Shown here piece by piece: positions 12,013 through 25,600 of a stretch of DNA of 64,000 nucleotides (position 1 is the first letter of the stretch; each line of letters begins with the position of its first letter). A program made the translations under genes and the position numbers. Source of the stretch: Microthyrium microscopicum (lineage: Eukaryota); contig MU004234.1 in NCBI GenBank assembly GCA_010405405.1, forward strand, positions 2,453,697 to 2,517,696, written 5' to 3'. The notes below the pieces were generated by a model, which searched no databases, was not told the DNA's origin, and was given only the letters and a program-made list of their open reading frames with translations.

Positions 12013-12569
12013 TTCTATATGTTCAAGCAATTTGCAAGCCTATTGATCCAACATTAGAGGAGTGATGCTTCTCCATGCCTGTGAGGTGTTGGAGAGTTCC
12101 GAGATCGCAATGAAAATAATTTGAATGGCCAATGCAGTTATCCACAAAATACAAATCTTACAGTAGCGTCCGGATTGTCGTCGAACGGCGGTGAGATGGC
12201 TTTTCGAGAGTTTCGGAACATTTTTAAGGCACTAGCAAAAAAATCGATCATCCAGGTATTTGCTATGACACTGAGTACTAGAAACAATGTCTTATCATTT
12301 TTGAAAATATGTCAAGCACATCGAGTTGATTAAGTTCTTAAAGGTTGAATAACAATCAAGTCGCTTACCGAACATGCGGTTGTCGTGAGCATTGCTAGAA
12401 AATCCGGCCGCCAGGTGAAGTCGTCTCACTTACAACGGCTAGCATAATATACAGAGCATAAACAGAAAATGAGGAATTCAGAGCAACTTTATGACTATTG
12501 TGAAGAACACCCTATCAAAGAAGTCTCTTTCTAAATGTTACTCCACAATCGCTTGTATCTCTTATGATT

Positions 12570-13398
12570 TCAAGTCAATGTGAGAGTGCCACTCTTCTGC
12601 GCTGGCATTGGAGTCCCTTTGAAAGCCGCCTCAATAAACTTGACTCCACGATCTACCCATGGTTTCTGCACATAATCAAGATGAGGCGAGAAACACTTTC
12701 CAGCGCGATCGCATGTACTATCTCCCTTGGAACAGTTTTCCAAAAGTCGATTATCAAGTTCATCTGGCAGCTTTCCGATTCCGCTCGAGCTCACCATCAT
12801 CGGGTCGCCATACAACACGACAGCAAGAACTTTAGGAATCAACTCCTTGGGTAATTTGGCTCCTGCGGCATGGATTACTGCAGCCCCAAGAGAGTAACCG
12901 ATCAGTGCAAACTTTTGATTTGGGCATGCGGCAGACTGCTTAGTGAGGCGGTTGATCACATCAATTCGACCAGTAGTTGTGTCGGCAACAGCATTCGATG
13001 ATGCAGGATACTTCGTAAGTTAGTATCAGAACTTGCTTGGAGGCGAGAAAGCACCTACCTGAACAGGATAGCCTCGTGTATTTGGCATTATCGCTGTTAA
13101 ATTGGCCATGATGGGGTCGCCAACTATTGATCCGAACTTGCCATTGGTCTTGGAGTTTGGCTCACTTGTTCCTCTCGCTATGTCTCTTCTTAGTGATATT
13201 TCCCACAAATTGCTAGTTTGACCTACCAATGATGACTTCGAAATCAGAACAGCCCTCAGGCACATCTTTTGGATTGACTGGAACAGCTGGACCCATCGTC
13301 CATCCTGTGCCTCCAACACCCTTTGGCATTGGCTTGCATCCTTGCGAGTTGACTGTAGCGATCAGGGCAACTAAAAGAAGAATCTGGTGGTGCCACAT
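12570..13398 (-). CDS. Secreted cutinase (CE5), 3 exons
   Basis: Signal peptide, ARGTSEP, CPNQKFALIGYSLG (nucleophile Ser), YGDP, CSKGDSTC (Asp) and PHLDY (His). Two GTAGGT..AG introns restore the frame. Confidence 0.92.
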
Positions 13399-14336
13399 AA
13401 TGTCAAGCCTAGAATGAAGTTATCAGTGACTCGCGTGGTTGACAAAGTTAAAGAAAAAAACACAACATCATAGGGTGTCCTTTTCAGTAGCACCTTAGAC
13501 AGTGCATTTCAGTAATAGTACCGAGAGATAAAGAATCGGTTGGAGCCGAGATTATACTAATCTTTGTAAGTACCCTTTCAGTTTAGATTAAACCATGGCC
13601 ATAAATGGTAGATGTTGAGAGCTTGTAGGGCAGGTCAGTCCAATAATATTGCACGCGCCTACATCCTCTATACTGATCAAGCGCTGATCTGGCTGAGAGC
13701 CGCGTCAGTATCAAGACATAAATCAATAATTGGTAGACGATCTTATATCTACCTAGACAAATCTTTGGTGCAGCATATTATGCTGGTTCTTCCTGTATTG
13801 TTATCTGTAGCAGATATCAGAGGCGATGGGAACGCGGCTTGCAGTTTGTCAAATGCTACAATCTACTCTCTGCGAATAGCGTGCTCCAGACTTTTGGAGT
13901 TATAATCGTGTGAGAAGATGAGGGTTTTCTCTACATATTCTTCTAGAACGATTATTTGAGACGTTAGACCCGTTGTGCGCCTCTGAAGAAGGGAGGAAGT
14001 AAAATTGGCAAGGTCATCAAGATTGGCGAGTAATGCTTGAAGTTTTAGGTCGCAGCTAATGGGTAATAGGTCCAAGTAGACTAGTAGTAGCCTCATACTC
14101 CTCTTTAAAAGTAAAAATAGAAATAATTCAGGGGGCGAGTCTCTTTAGGGGGATTGATCTACAGATATCTTTTGTTTCATTGGCTGCCTAGTGGCGTGGC
14201 TTCTCATCATACGAGCTTATTTCTTGTACCTGCGCCTCAAAACAACAAGTCATCCGTGACATCCTACAAATTCTGACATCGTGGATTTCTTCCCTCACAG
14301 ATATCGCCGTCCTCTATTTCCAAACAAGCTTCCAAA

Positions 14337-15808
14337 ATGCGGTCGGCTAGGTTCCTCTCTGTCGTTCTTGTTGTCAGCAGTACGAGTGTGAGTGCTCTGG
14401 ACCTCGATCCAAAGAACGCTGGTAAGTTGGATTACGCTAGAACAGAGTAATATTCGACGTAACCAAGAGCTAAATCTCAAATTGCAGATTCAATCAAAAG
14501 TGCTGCCAAAGCTGTTGCCAAGACTGTTGTCTCACTTTACAATGGCAACAAATCTGTCGAGATTCCAGGCATCTTTTCGACCCCTGGATTTTACTGGTGG
14601 CAAGCAGCACCTGTCTGGGACGCTCTAGTCGACTATTCTTTCTTGACGGGAGACACGACGTACAATGATATCGTTGGCAAGGCTCTGCAATTTCAAGTTG
14701 GTCCAAACAACGATTATATGCCACCAAATCAAACCAAAAGCGAAGTAAGTTTTGCTCACTAAAATAAATTCAACTCTTATGGAATGTACGGCTGATTCGA
14801 TTTCGCAAGGGAAACGACGATCAGTCATTCTGGGCTTTGGCTGCCATGACTGCCGCAGAGCGCAACTTTCCCGCTCCCAATACCAGTATTCCGACCTGGA
14901 GCACTCTTGCCACCAATGTCTTCAACACCCAAGCCGCCCGATGGGATGACAAGACCTGTGGTGGTGGTGTTCGGTGGCAGATCTTCTCTTTCAACAACGG
15001 ATACAACTACAAGAATTCCCAGTCCAATGGTAATCTCTTTGAACTCAGTGCTCGTCTAGCTGCATTTACCAAGAATGCTACCTACTCCGACTGGGCTGAG
15101 AAGACCTATAGTTGGCTCGAGCAAGTCGGTTTTGTCAACAACGGCGCGGTCTACGATGGAGCAGACTTGACAACAAACTGCACCTCAGTCAGCCACTTGC
15201 AGTGGTCCAACAATGCTGGAGCTCTGATTTATGGAAGCGCAATTATGTACAACTTGACAAGTGATGCGAAGTGGCGCAACCGTACTTCAACGCTTCTGAA
15301 TGCTACCCTCACCACCTTCTTCAAGGACGGCATCATGGAAGAGGTCGCCTGCGAGAACATTGGAACTTGCGCAAGCGATCAAACCTTCTTCAAAGGCATT
15401 ACTGCCATCCATCTTGCTCGCACCGCAGTCGTCGCTCCTTTCACAGCACAGTCAATTATGCCACTACTCCAGAGCTCTGCGACTGGCGCGGCTGTGAATG
15501 CATGCACTGCTCCAGATGGTAGCTGTACGTTGATATGGACTGCTAGTGCCAACAACGCCTCGACAAGCGGGGTGACATCCTTGGGAACTGATTTCTCTGC
15601 ACTGGAGGTCATTCAAGCCAACTTGGTGGGCAGTGCGAAGAGCATCGTGACACAAAATGGATCGACCGCAGTAGGAGGAAATTCTTCCTCGTCTGGAAGT
15701 GCTAGTGGATCAACGGCGAAGGGTTCAGGCGTCAATCTGGCGATTCCGGGCTTGCTGAGTGTGGCTCAGATCTTTGGTCTGATCCTTCTGGGACACGTTG
15801 TTCTATAG
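14337..15808 (+). CDS. GH76 alpha-1,6-mannanase/transglycosidase (Dfg5/Dcw1 family), probably GPI-anchored, 3 exons
   Basis: Signal peptide, YWWQ, spliced EGNDDQSFW catalytic motif, CGGGVRWQIFSFNNGYNYKNS, Ser/Gly-rich linker and hydrophobic C-terminus. Confidence 0.94.
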
Positions 15809-16200
15809 TCCTCTTATGGCATTCCCATTCTTTGCATAGCGACGGTTAACGGGAGATATAATGTCTACTAGACAATCAATGAGCATACACAACTGAACAT
15901 TTTTGTCCAGAACAGACCAAGCTCATGAAAGAAGAGCTGTTTATTTCAATGAAAAATATCTGTCAGAGACATGTCTGGCGCTTCGCATGAAGTCAAGGAT
16001 AAGAGGAAAGAAAAGAATCACGGTTGTACGGGAATAATGAACAGCTTCATGCTCTACTCGGCGATCGACTACATCACCATGAGGCATTGCCGATTATAAG
16101 CGGGGTAGCTCACCATTGTGATATGGTGATAGATTTCATGATTTGATATTCTAATCCTACTGTTTAAAGCTTATTGTTGTTTGACAAAATATATTTCACC

Positions 16201-17160
16201 ATGACAGGGCCCTACTTAGCGAAACCATGTGGTGACTGCTGCTTAGGCGGACATTTGCACGAAGGGGAGCCACGAGGAAGCACCGAGAAGATACACGATA
16301 TCAACACATATGTTGCAAAGCCCAGCGATGAAAAGTCAAATGGAAATATAGTCCTGTTCTTCACTGATGTCTACGGCATATTCCACAACAACAATCTTCT
16401 CATCATGGATACATTCGCAGACGCTGGTTATCTGTGTTTAGCTCTTGATTTCTTTCAAGGGGTAGGTTTCCCCTCTCGTTCTTCCTTGAGAGAACACCAT
16501 TGTTGATATATGGTACTAGGATAACTTGATGAACTATCGCGACGAAAACAGGAAGGATCTGCCAGGATTTGATTTCAAGGCTTGGGCAACGAAGAATATG
16601 GAATGGGCAATGTCAGCGACGCCGAAGTGGATTGAGGCTGCGAAGGAGAAGTATGGCAAGGAGGAAACCAAGTATGCTTGTGTAGGCTACTGCTTTGGAG
16701 CACCGTTTGTGTGTCAGGAGCTCGCAAAAGATACCGTCAGCGCTGGAGCGTTCGCACATCCAGCGTTCTTAACAGAGAAGCATTTCTCCGACTTGAAACG
16801 TTAGTTCAAAAGATTTGTCTGGAGATGATGTGCTGATTATACTTCTCAGATCCTCTCTTGCTGTCTTGCGCAGAAGATGACTGGACTTTTGGTGACGACC
16901 AGCGCCATCAGGCGGAAGCGATCATGAAGAAAGACAAGAAGAGATATATGGTCCAGCTTTTCTCTGGAGTCAAACATGGCTTTGCTTTGCGTTGCAATCT
17001 TGATGATCCATACGAAAGTAAGAACAAAGCATACACTTGAGGTTAATTTTCTGACATCCATGCGACAGAATTTGTGAAGGAACAGAGTCTTTCCGGCATG
17101 CTTCAATATTTTGATTTTTGGCTTTCAGGGTCAGCAGACAAATTCATAAAGGTCAACTAA
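16201..17160 (+). CDS. Dienelactone hydrolase family alpha/beta hydrolase, 4 exons
   Basis: CGDCCLGGHLHEGEPRG N-terminus, GYCFG nucleophile, AHP, AEDD and HGFALR. Canonical introns; stop at 17158-17160. Confidence 0.92.
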
Positions 17161-17542
17161 TACAAATTTAACTCCAAGCATGAAGGGGCATAAGTGTATG
17201 TATTAGGAACGATAGATAACTAACTGTGACCGAATGGTTTTCAATATCGCATGTTTGGCCATCAAAATACATGCGCTATTTACTCTCATCCACCAAACCG
17301 TTTGCTGACCACGGCAAATCGAGAGAATTTCTGAACATTCATGGCATTTGGCAATCGTTTGCGATTAACCTACTCGACATGACTGGAAGCAGTTGTTCTT
17401 GCATTGAAGCTGATGGCAGACATCCTGTTTGGAGCCAATGACTCGGAATAGCTCGATCGTTTTGTCACTACACGACCCCGGAAAATACATGCTGTAGTAC
17501 AAGCTAATAAACGCAGCCAAGCGATGCAGCTGGTGCTGCCAA

Positions 17543-18217
17543 CTACTTTGGTGCAAATGCCCAAGCTATTTCACCCTGCCCCAAAAACCACAACTCCTCT
17601 CCAATGTTGAATCTCGCTTGAGTCTCATATTTTGTAAAGAAATGATCTGATAAGTACAATCTTTCCCTTTCCAGGTGTGATTTCAACAAGGGTATTCTGT
17701 GATCTAAATATTCTTGGTCGCTGAGATAGCTATGTTCTTTCCGTATGTATCCAGCGGAGTGCGCATAATCAAGTCCATTGGATCCCACAAATGCCAAATC
17801 GAAATCTAGAAAGTATTTCATGTCCTCAACTTCATCCGCGAGAATGTCTGGCCCGACGCCATGGCTCAGTGTGGCATCTATCAAGTTGACCACCCTTTCA
17901 GTTAACTTTTCGTCTATGTCTGGTACTTTATTGGCGAGTTGTCTGAAAGCGTCCACACTTTCCGCCTCGTTAGTCGTCGCTTGGGGATTGTAAACCCAAT
18001 CGTGAAGATAAATGGCTAGTTCGACAGCTGTGGGGTTCGATATGGCAGACTTGTGATCATCCAACGAGGCAAGCATGGAATCTACGTGTTTGAGAGTATG
18101 ATAATGTTGTTGTGGCTCGGTATGGTGTTGCAAAAATGCTATACTATAAAATTGGCTGAGATTATGTGTTGCGCCGAGTGACTGGAGGAGTGCAGAGAAT
18201 CTGGTGCAGATCTCCAT
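17543..18217 (-). CDS. HD-superfamily predicted metal-dependent hydrolase (COG4339-like), intronless
   Basis: Motifs HYHTLKH, LAIYLHDWVYNP, NEAES, FLDFDLA, IRKEHSY and ARFNI. Likely ATG at 18217. Confidence 0.8.
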   Translation of the reverse strand: MEICTRFSALLQSLGATHNLSQFYSIAFLQHHTEPQQHYHTLKHVDSMLASLDDHKSAISNPTAVELAIYLHDWVYNPQATTNEAESVDAFRQLANKVPDIDEKLTERVVNLIDATLSHGVGPDILADEVEDMKYFLDFDLAFVGSNGLDYAHSAGYIRKEHSYLSDQEYLDHRIPLLKSHLERERLYLSDHFFTKYETQARFNIGEELWFLGQGEIAWAFAPK

Positions 18218-18528
18218 GATTGAGTAAAAGGATGTAAAGTAGGTGCTATGTCTAGAAACCGCTTGAGTAGATGGGTACATCGAGTCGTTGGTCAAAGGTA
18301 CTTATCGAGGACATTAATAGCTCTAGAGTTGCAAGTTGCTCAGCCTCGCCTTTTCAGCCTCGCGCTAGGCAAATTCAGGGGTAATCAAGCTCGAGCCATC
18401 AATAAGCCGCAGCTTCCGACTTGTATGTTTTCTTTTGCCAAACAACTATCTGCAACTCTTCTGAGTGATTCTTCAACATACAAAGAAACATCGTCTCCTG
18501 AAGTTGCAGGAATCCGGAGACACAAGTA

Positions 18529-20081
18529 ATGGCGAAGTCACTCCACGACCTTCCAGCACTCCGGCCGCTAGGTAAGATATATCCTCTACAGGTGGTCTGA
18601 GAAACAAGGCTTAAGAAGCATCCATTGAACAGACACAGCGCGTAGACTCTACTCTAAATCATATAGGCAAGCTGGAGCAGTACTCAGCCTCGAGGCATAT
18701 ACTGAACTTTTACAACAACGTCGGTGTTTCGGCAACCTATGAGAATTTACTGCAGGATATATCTCAGGATTCTCTCAGATCCCATATCTATTCAGCATGT
18801 CATGAAGCCATAAGAACACATCCGGCATTGTCAGCGGTGCCTATTGCTCCACCCAACAAGTCAAGCGAGTTATATTTCGCCCGCCTTGACAAGATCGAGC
18901 TTGACAACTGTGTACTATTTCAAGAAAGAAAGGCCCCACGGCCGCAATATGGCCAGGATGAAGAGGATGTAATTATGGACCCTGAGCTCGATGACTTGAT
19001 AGCAACTCAGCACAACGTTTCTTGGAGACTTCAAATTGAGGCAGGGGATCTTTCTCCGGTGTGGCGCCTGGTTGTCTTGTTCAACCCAACAACGTCCACA
19101 GATTCCTCCTTCACAGCCTGCTTCATATTTCACCATTCTATAGGCGATGGTACATCTGGAGTCGCCTTTCATCGAACCTTGTTGCGAGGCCTCCGTTCAA
19201 GCATTGAGCTACCAGTAAAGGACATCAAGAGCGTCGTTGAAACACCCAAGGACGCCCGGCTGCACCCATGCGTGGAAGATTCTCTGTCACTCAGTCTATC
19301 ATTGGGATACATTGCTGGACCCTTAATTGACAATACGCTCCCTTGGATTTTTTCTACAAAGTCAGCACTTTGGGCCGGAGGAAATATCGTTGACGAGCCC
19401 AAAAGCCAGTTCCGTTCTATGACCTTCTCTGCCGCAGCGTCCAAGAAATTGGTCGCTGCTTGCAAAAAGAATCGTACGACAGTGTCTGCTTTGTTACAAG
19501 CAGCGCTTGCAGATGTTCTTTTCAAACTACTTCCTGAGCAATTTCAAAGCCTGAAATCAAGCTGTCCTGTCTCCCTGCGACCTTTGCTGCGTGAAAAAGG
19601 AATAGACAACGGCACCTTCGGCGTATACATTGGCGCTGCGGATGTTGAGTTTCAACGATCCGAACTAGCCGTACCACCTGAAGGATTATCGCCAGCATTT
19701 GCGTTAATTCGGGTCTCTCAACGTGTGCGAGAAGAGCTAGTCAGATTTGTCGCGAAAGGAGCCAAGAACCTCAGTATCGGGTTGCTGAAATATGTTTCGG
19801 ACCTCAACAGCTTTTTCACTAGCAAGCTTGGAACCGCCCGTGATACAAGTTTCGAGGTTTCCAATCTTGGTGTCGTAAAGGAAGATCCGGAGCACATGTC
19901 GGCGATGGTCTTTAGTCAAAGTGCCAACGTGACGGGAGCAGCATTTTGCGTCTCTTCCGTAACTAGTGGAGACGGCCGCTTAGTACTTGGATTCAGTTGG
20001 CAAGAAGGTGTTGTTGAAGAAGTTTTAGTGAACGATGTCATTAGGGAGTTGCCAAAGATCTTTGCGCACTTTTGTGATTGA
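18529..20081 (+). CDS. Alcohol acetyltransferase family (CoA-dependent acyltransferase), 2 exons
   Basis: Spliced start LRPLG|KLEQYSASRH, HHSIGDG (HxxxD) catalytic motif, SFEVSNLG and MVFSQS. Confidence 0.9.
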
Positions 20082-20187
20082 ATGGATACATGCATAAAAT
20101 AACTCTGCTTCAGAGGTAGCAGAGATCCATCAACACCCACATAATTGTGGTTGACCAAAATGGGTGTTCAATGCTACTCATAAGGGT

Positions 20188-20197
20188 GTCCTAGGGA
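20188..20197 (+). repeat. Left terminal inverted repeat GTCCTAGGGA
   Basis: Exact reverse complement of TCCCTAGGAC at 31180-31189; lies at the left edge of the AT-rich block. Confidence 0.7.
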
Positions 20198-21915
20198 CTG
20201 GGACTCTGCTCTTTCTTAGTAGAATTTAGCTTAGTAAAGCATAATGAGGCGTTATAACAATATAGTGGTAGATTATAGTTGCGTAGTTAAAAAATATAAT
20301 ATATAAGTATAATATATATATATATAAGTAAAATATAAAGTATAACTCTAACTTTTAAATACGTAAAACTTAATATTAAAACGTAATATTATTTTTAACT
20401 ATATAGAAACTTAAAATACTATAAAGCTATAAAGATTAACTATATACTATATAATAAGTTATATAACTTATAAATTTATAGTATAACTTAATAGTAAAAG
20501 CTACTAGCTAGTAGTAATTTATTATATATAGAATAAATCTTAGTACTAGCGTCTATACTTTTTAGTACTTCTTAACTTTAAATCCTAAACTCTTAATATA
20601 ACTTTTACTCTAGGCTAATATATAATAATTTCTTAGAGTTCTTAGAGTTTAGTATTATTTTATATTATTTTACGTGCTTTTTTTATATAAGCCTTTTTAT
20701 ACTCCTAAATTATTTTCTTACGTTACTTTATTACCTTATATAATTTTACTTTATAGAAAAATTATATTACTATAGCTAAAATTTAAATTAACTTACTACT
20801 TATTAATAAAGCTACTACTATTAAAGCGTAGGCAAAAGCTACTACTACTAAAAAGAAGGTAAAAGCTACTATTACTACTTATATTACTAAACCCTTTATA
20901 AGTAAATATTATACTAGGATATTATATTATATAAAGTTAATTATAGTTAAAGAAGCACTTAATTATATAGTTTTTCCCTATATCTTAATCTACTTATTAT
21001 TATATACTTTTATATATCTTATATTTATTCCTTTATACTCTAAAGTTATATATTTAAAGAAATTAAAATAATACCTACCTTATTTATTTAAAATACTATA
21101 CTAATAGTAATATTAGTATAGTATATTAATTTAAACCTAATGCTCTTAATTTAACTTGCCTCTAATAATTAAGAGTAAAGGAATACTACTAATATATATA
21201 AAGACTATCTTTAAAAAATAACTTGCTATATTTATTAACTATAGCTATTTAAATAGTTACGTAGATCCTTTTATTATATCTTAGCTAGCTAGCTAAACTT
21301 TTAATGCTAATAATTTAGTATAAGTTTTTAGTATAGAGCTTATTAATCTTTAAGAGTAAGCTTACTATCTTATGTTCTTTAATTTCTTTTAGTTTATATA
21401 TATATATATTTATTTTAATTATTTATTTTAATAGTTTATAGCTATTATATATATATTAATACCTATATTAATATCTATTAACTATTTAATTAACTATTTA
21501 TATCTAAAGAATATTTAGACTTTTAGTTTATAATAAATAAAGTTTAAAATTAAATTAAGTATTAGAAGAAAGTTACTTATAAGAATATACGTATAAGTTT
21601 ATTTCTTCTTATATTATTAATTATTTATTTTTTTACTCTTAACTATTTAGACTACTTCTTATTATATTAGACTTAGCTATTATAATAACTCTTATTTAAT
21701 TTTATAATAATATACTATATTCTCTTTTCTTACTTATATCTTTACTACTTATTACTACTAAGTACTATACTAGACTTTAATACTATAACTTTTACCTAAT
21801 TTTACTACTATATATTATACCCTTTATTCCTTATATAATTCCTACCTAAGCTTATTATAATATACTATACCCTATTCTTATTCTTATAACTAATTCTACT
21901 TCTTCCTATTATATA

Positions 21916-22260
21916 CTATAAACTAATCTCTCTTTTACTATAATTCTTACTTCTTTTTACTATATACTATAAACTAATCTCCCTCTTACTATAATTCCTA
22001 CTTTTCTTTATTATATACTATAAACTAACCTTCCTCTTATTATAATTCCTACTTCTTCTTACTATATACTATAAACTAACTTTCTTCTTATTATAATTCC
22101 TACTTCTTTCTACTATATATTATAAATTACTTTTCTTTTTACTACTCTTTCTACTTTTCTCTACTATATACTATAAACTAACTACTTTCTTACTACTTTT
22201 TTTACTTCTCTCTACTATACTTTATAAACTAATTACTCTTTTACTACTCTTTCTATTCTA
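21916..22260. repeat. 51-bp tandem minisatellite A (about 7 degenerate copies)
   Basis: CTATAAACTAA recurs at 21916, 21967, 22018 and 22069, with further degenerate units after. Confidence 0.85.
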
Positions 22261-22470
22261 CTCTATATTTTACTTCTCTCTTTCTATTCTTCTATATTCT
22301 TTATTACTCCTTATTAGGCTTTACCTTAAGATATTTTTCTTAAGCATAGCTTTACTAGCTTTTATACTACTTTACTAGAGCACGTTTTAATTTTACTTTA
22401 CTTTGCTAGGGTATACTTTACTAGGCCTTACTTTACTAGCTTTTTTTTACTTATACTTCTTTAGCTTTAG

Positions 22471-22653
22471 TTTACTTAGTTTAATTTAATTTACTTAGTT
22501 TAATTACTTAGATAATTTACTTAGTTTAATTACTTAGATACTTTACTTAGTTTAATTTAATTTACTTAGTTTAATTTACTTAGTTTAATTACTTAGTTTA
22601 ATTACTTAGATAATTTACTTAGTTAATTTGCTTAGTTTAATTTGCTTAGTTAA
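22471..22653. repeat. Short tandem array of core TT(A/G)CTTAG (about 13 copies, 13-19 bp spacing), followed by an (ACTAG)n-like run near 22722-22770
   Basis: Read directly from the sequence. Confidence 0.8.
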
Positions 22654-25600
22654 CTTTATTAATTTATTCTTTTAGTCTCTCTAGATTACTAGCTCTTTAT
22701 AAATAATATAACTTTACTTTTACTAGACTAGATTAGACTAGACTAAACTAGACTAGACTAAATATAGACTACTTAATTTACTTTAATTAATTTACTATAA
22801 CTAAACTATTAACTAAATAATACTAACTTAAGTATAGAGCTACTATTAAAAACTTTATAAAGTAACTAATTTAAGCCTTTAACGCTATAATAATAATAAT
22901 AAATAGGAATTTATATTATAAGCTAACTTTTCTGTTAAAAGTTTTATTACTATATTCTTATATTTTAAAAATATTCTTAACGTTAAAATAACCTTAGAGA
23001 ATAAAGATTATAAGTATAGCGCTTATTTTCTTAAAGGTATAAATTATTAAACTATAATATCTTATTTAACTATTCTAAATCTAGCTTAGCTAGTTTTAAT
23101 TATATAATTTAAAAGTATACTAACTATAAAATAAAAATCTAGATAAACCTTAGCTTAATCTATAGCTAATATTTATAAGAGGTTTATATAGTTAGTAATA
23201 CTTCTACTTATTAAAAGTATAAACTTTCTTAAGATAATATCCTTTTATAGTATTATATACTACTAGCTTCTAAAAATTTTGCTAATATTATAATCTTAGA
23301 CTTTGCTAAGTTAATTAGCTTACTTTTTAAGAAAAAGTCTAAGAAGAAGAAGAAGGCGTCTATAGTACTTAAGAATAGCTTAAAGAAGATTTAAACTTAG
23401 CTTCTTTCTTCTTATAATAAGCCTTTTGTTAATAAGAAGAATAAATAATTTCCTCTTACTAATAACCTAAGTAGTTAGCTAAATAGTGCTCTATTATCTA
23501 ATAATAATTAGTATTTTTATTTATATTTCTTATTTTATATTTTCTATAGTCTATAGTTTATAGTTTAGTTTATAGTAATTAGTTCGTAGTATATATTTTC
23601 TTACTTAATAGAATACTTTTATTATAATTATAAAAAGCGTTATATTTTCTTTTACTTACTACTTATATCTTTTCTTCTCTTTTTTTTTAGGTATTACTTA
23701 TTAGCTACCTTAATTTATATTATCTAAGAGTGTTAATATAGTAGATTATCTTTTAAATACTTTTCTATTATTCTTTACTATAGCTAAGTCTTTTTGCTTA
23801 CCTTAATACTTAATTATACTAAGTAGTTTAGTAAGTAAGAGTTATATATACTACTACTATAGCTTATCTTCTACCTTATATAACTCTAGTTATTATTTAT
23901 AAATATTTATTAATAGTAAGTAAGAAAGATTACCTTTAATAGTAGCTCTATATAACGTAATTTATATTATAGTTTTAAATATAGCTAATACTTTAGGCGT
24001 AGTTACTTTAAAGGTATCTTTAGAACCTTAGGTATAAAGTTTCCCTAAGGTAAATATAACTATAAGTTTTAGATCTTTTTTATACTAACTTATATAAGTA
24101 AGTTAAATTTATAGCTTCTTAGTAAATATTTCTATATCTTATAACTAATAGCTATAGCTACTAAGAATATTAGTAGTATTTTAGAGTTACTTACTAACTT
24201 TTATAAGAGAATAATCTTAAATAAATATATAAATATTACTTCTTTAAATTTCTAGTAACTTAAATTAAGGTATACTAGAAGGTTTACCTAAGGCATAATA
24301 GAGAAGAGTTATATTTTAGGTAGTATTATTTATAGAAGCTATATTAGAAGAAGAATAATATTTATTTTTACCTTATAGATAAGATATAGTTAGAATAAGG
24401 TTTATAGTAAGTTTAGAAGCTAAGAGTATTAGAAGTTATAAGATTAGATCTTACGCGCTAAGACTTATATAGAAAATTATATATATATTTTTTAAATTAT
24501 CCTACTATTTAATAGATAACTTAATAGTAATAATTTAAAAGTAAAAGAAATACCTTTATTAGAACTATTAATATTAAGAGGCTCCTTAGAGCCTTCTAAG
24601 ACTTCTTTACCTTCTTTACCTTTACTAAATTATAATAGTAATATACTAAGTCTAAGTAACCTAAGTTATATTAATCTTATAACTTTATTTAAAAGTATAT
24701 TATTACTACTTTTAATAAGTAAGTCTTTTTAAGTATATATTAATATTAATATATCTATATAAGCTGCTTATAATAGTAGCTAGAGAGGTACTTACCTAAT
24801 TAGAGGAGGTAATAAATAATATCCTTAAACTATAATAGTTACTAGAAGTTTAGTTAGTAGTATATTATAAAGCTTATAAATTTAAGATAGAAGTTAAGTT
24901 AAAAGGTTATATTAATAACGTAAAAATTATATTAACTAAGATTAAAGAAAATTCCTAAAATAAGTAGATATTATTAAGTAAGGAATAGTAAAAAGCGTTA
25001 TAGTAATATAAAATTAAAAACTATAACTTAGTAGATCTATTTTCTAACTAGCTTATAATTTTTATAGCATAATTCTTATTATTAAAATATTATAGTAGTT
25101 ACTATTTAATTATATAATTAGGTAGAGTTTTAATATTAACTTTAACTACTAGTAGAATTTCGTAAAGCTTAAAAATTTCTCTAAGTTAGAATATAGTCTA
25201 AGCGCTTAACGTTAAGTATATATTAAATAAGTTAAACTTAAAGCTTTAATTTAATTAGTAATAGAATTAAGCTAGCTATATTAGATTCCTTAGAATCTAA
25301 GATTATTTCTAATAAATATATACTAGTATTTTTAAATATGCTAGTAGTAGGAGTAAAGACTATATAGCTAATCGTATGCTTAAAGTTAGAGTTTTTTAAC
25401 TAAAGCCCCTCTCTAAATTTTAGAATACTTAACCTCTAACCTAATTATTTACTACTATAATATTATCTTTATAGAGCTTATAATATTATACTTTACTTAC
25501 TTTTAATTTCTACTAATTAATATATTATTCGTTTATTTATCTAATTCTAATATTACTAGCCTTGCTATAAGCTTTTAGTCTTCTTAGATTATACTTATAC

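Noticed and set aside
13600..14150. TpA-rich stretch with a 77-aa ORF, considered as a HET-domain or repeat relic
   Set aside because: No ALSY or WIDA motifs and no recognisable element; composition alone is too weak.
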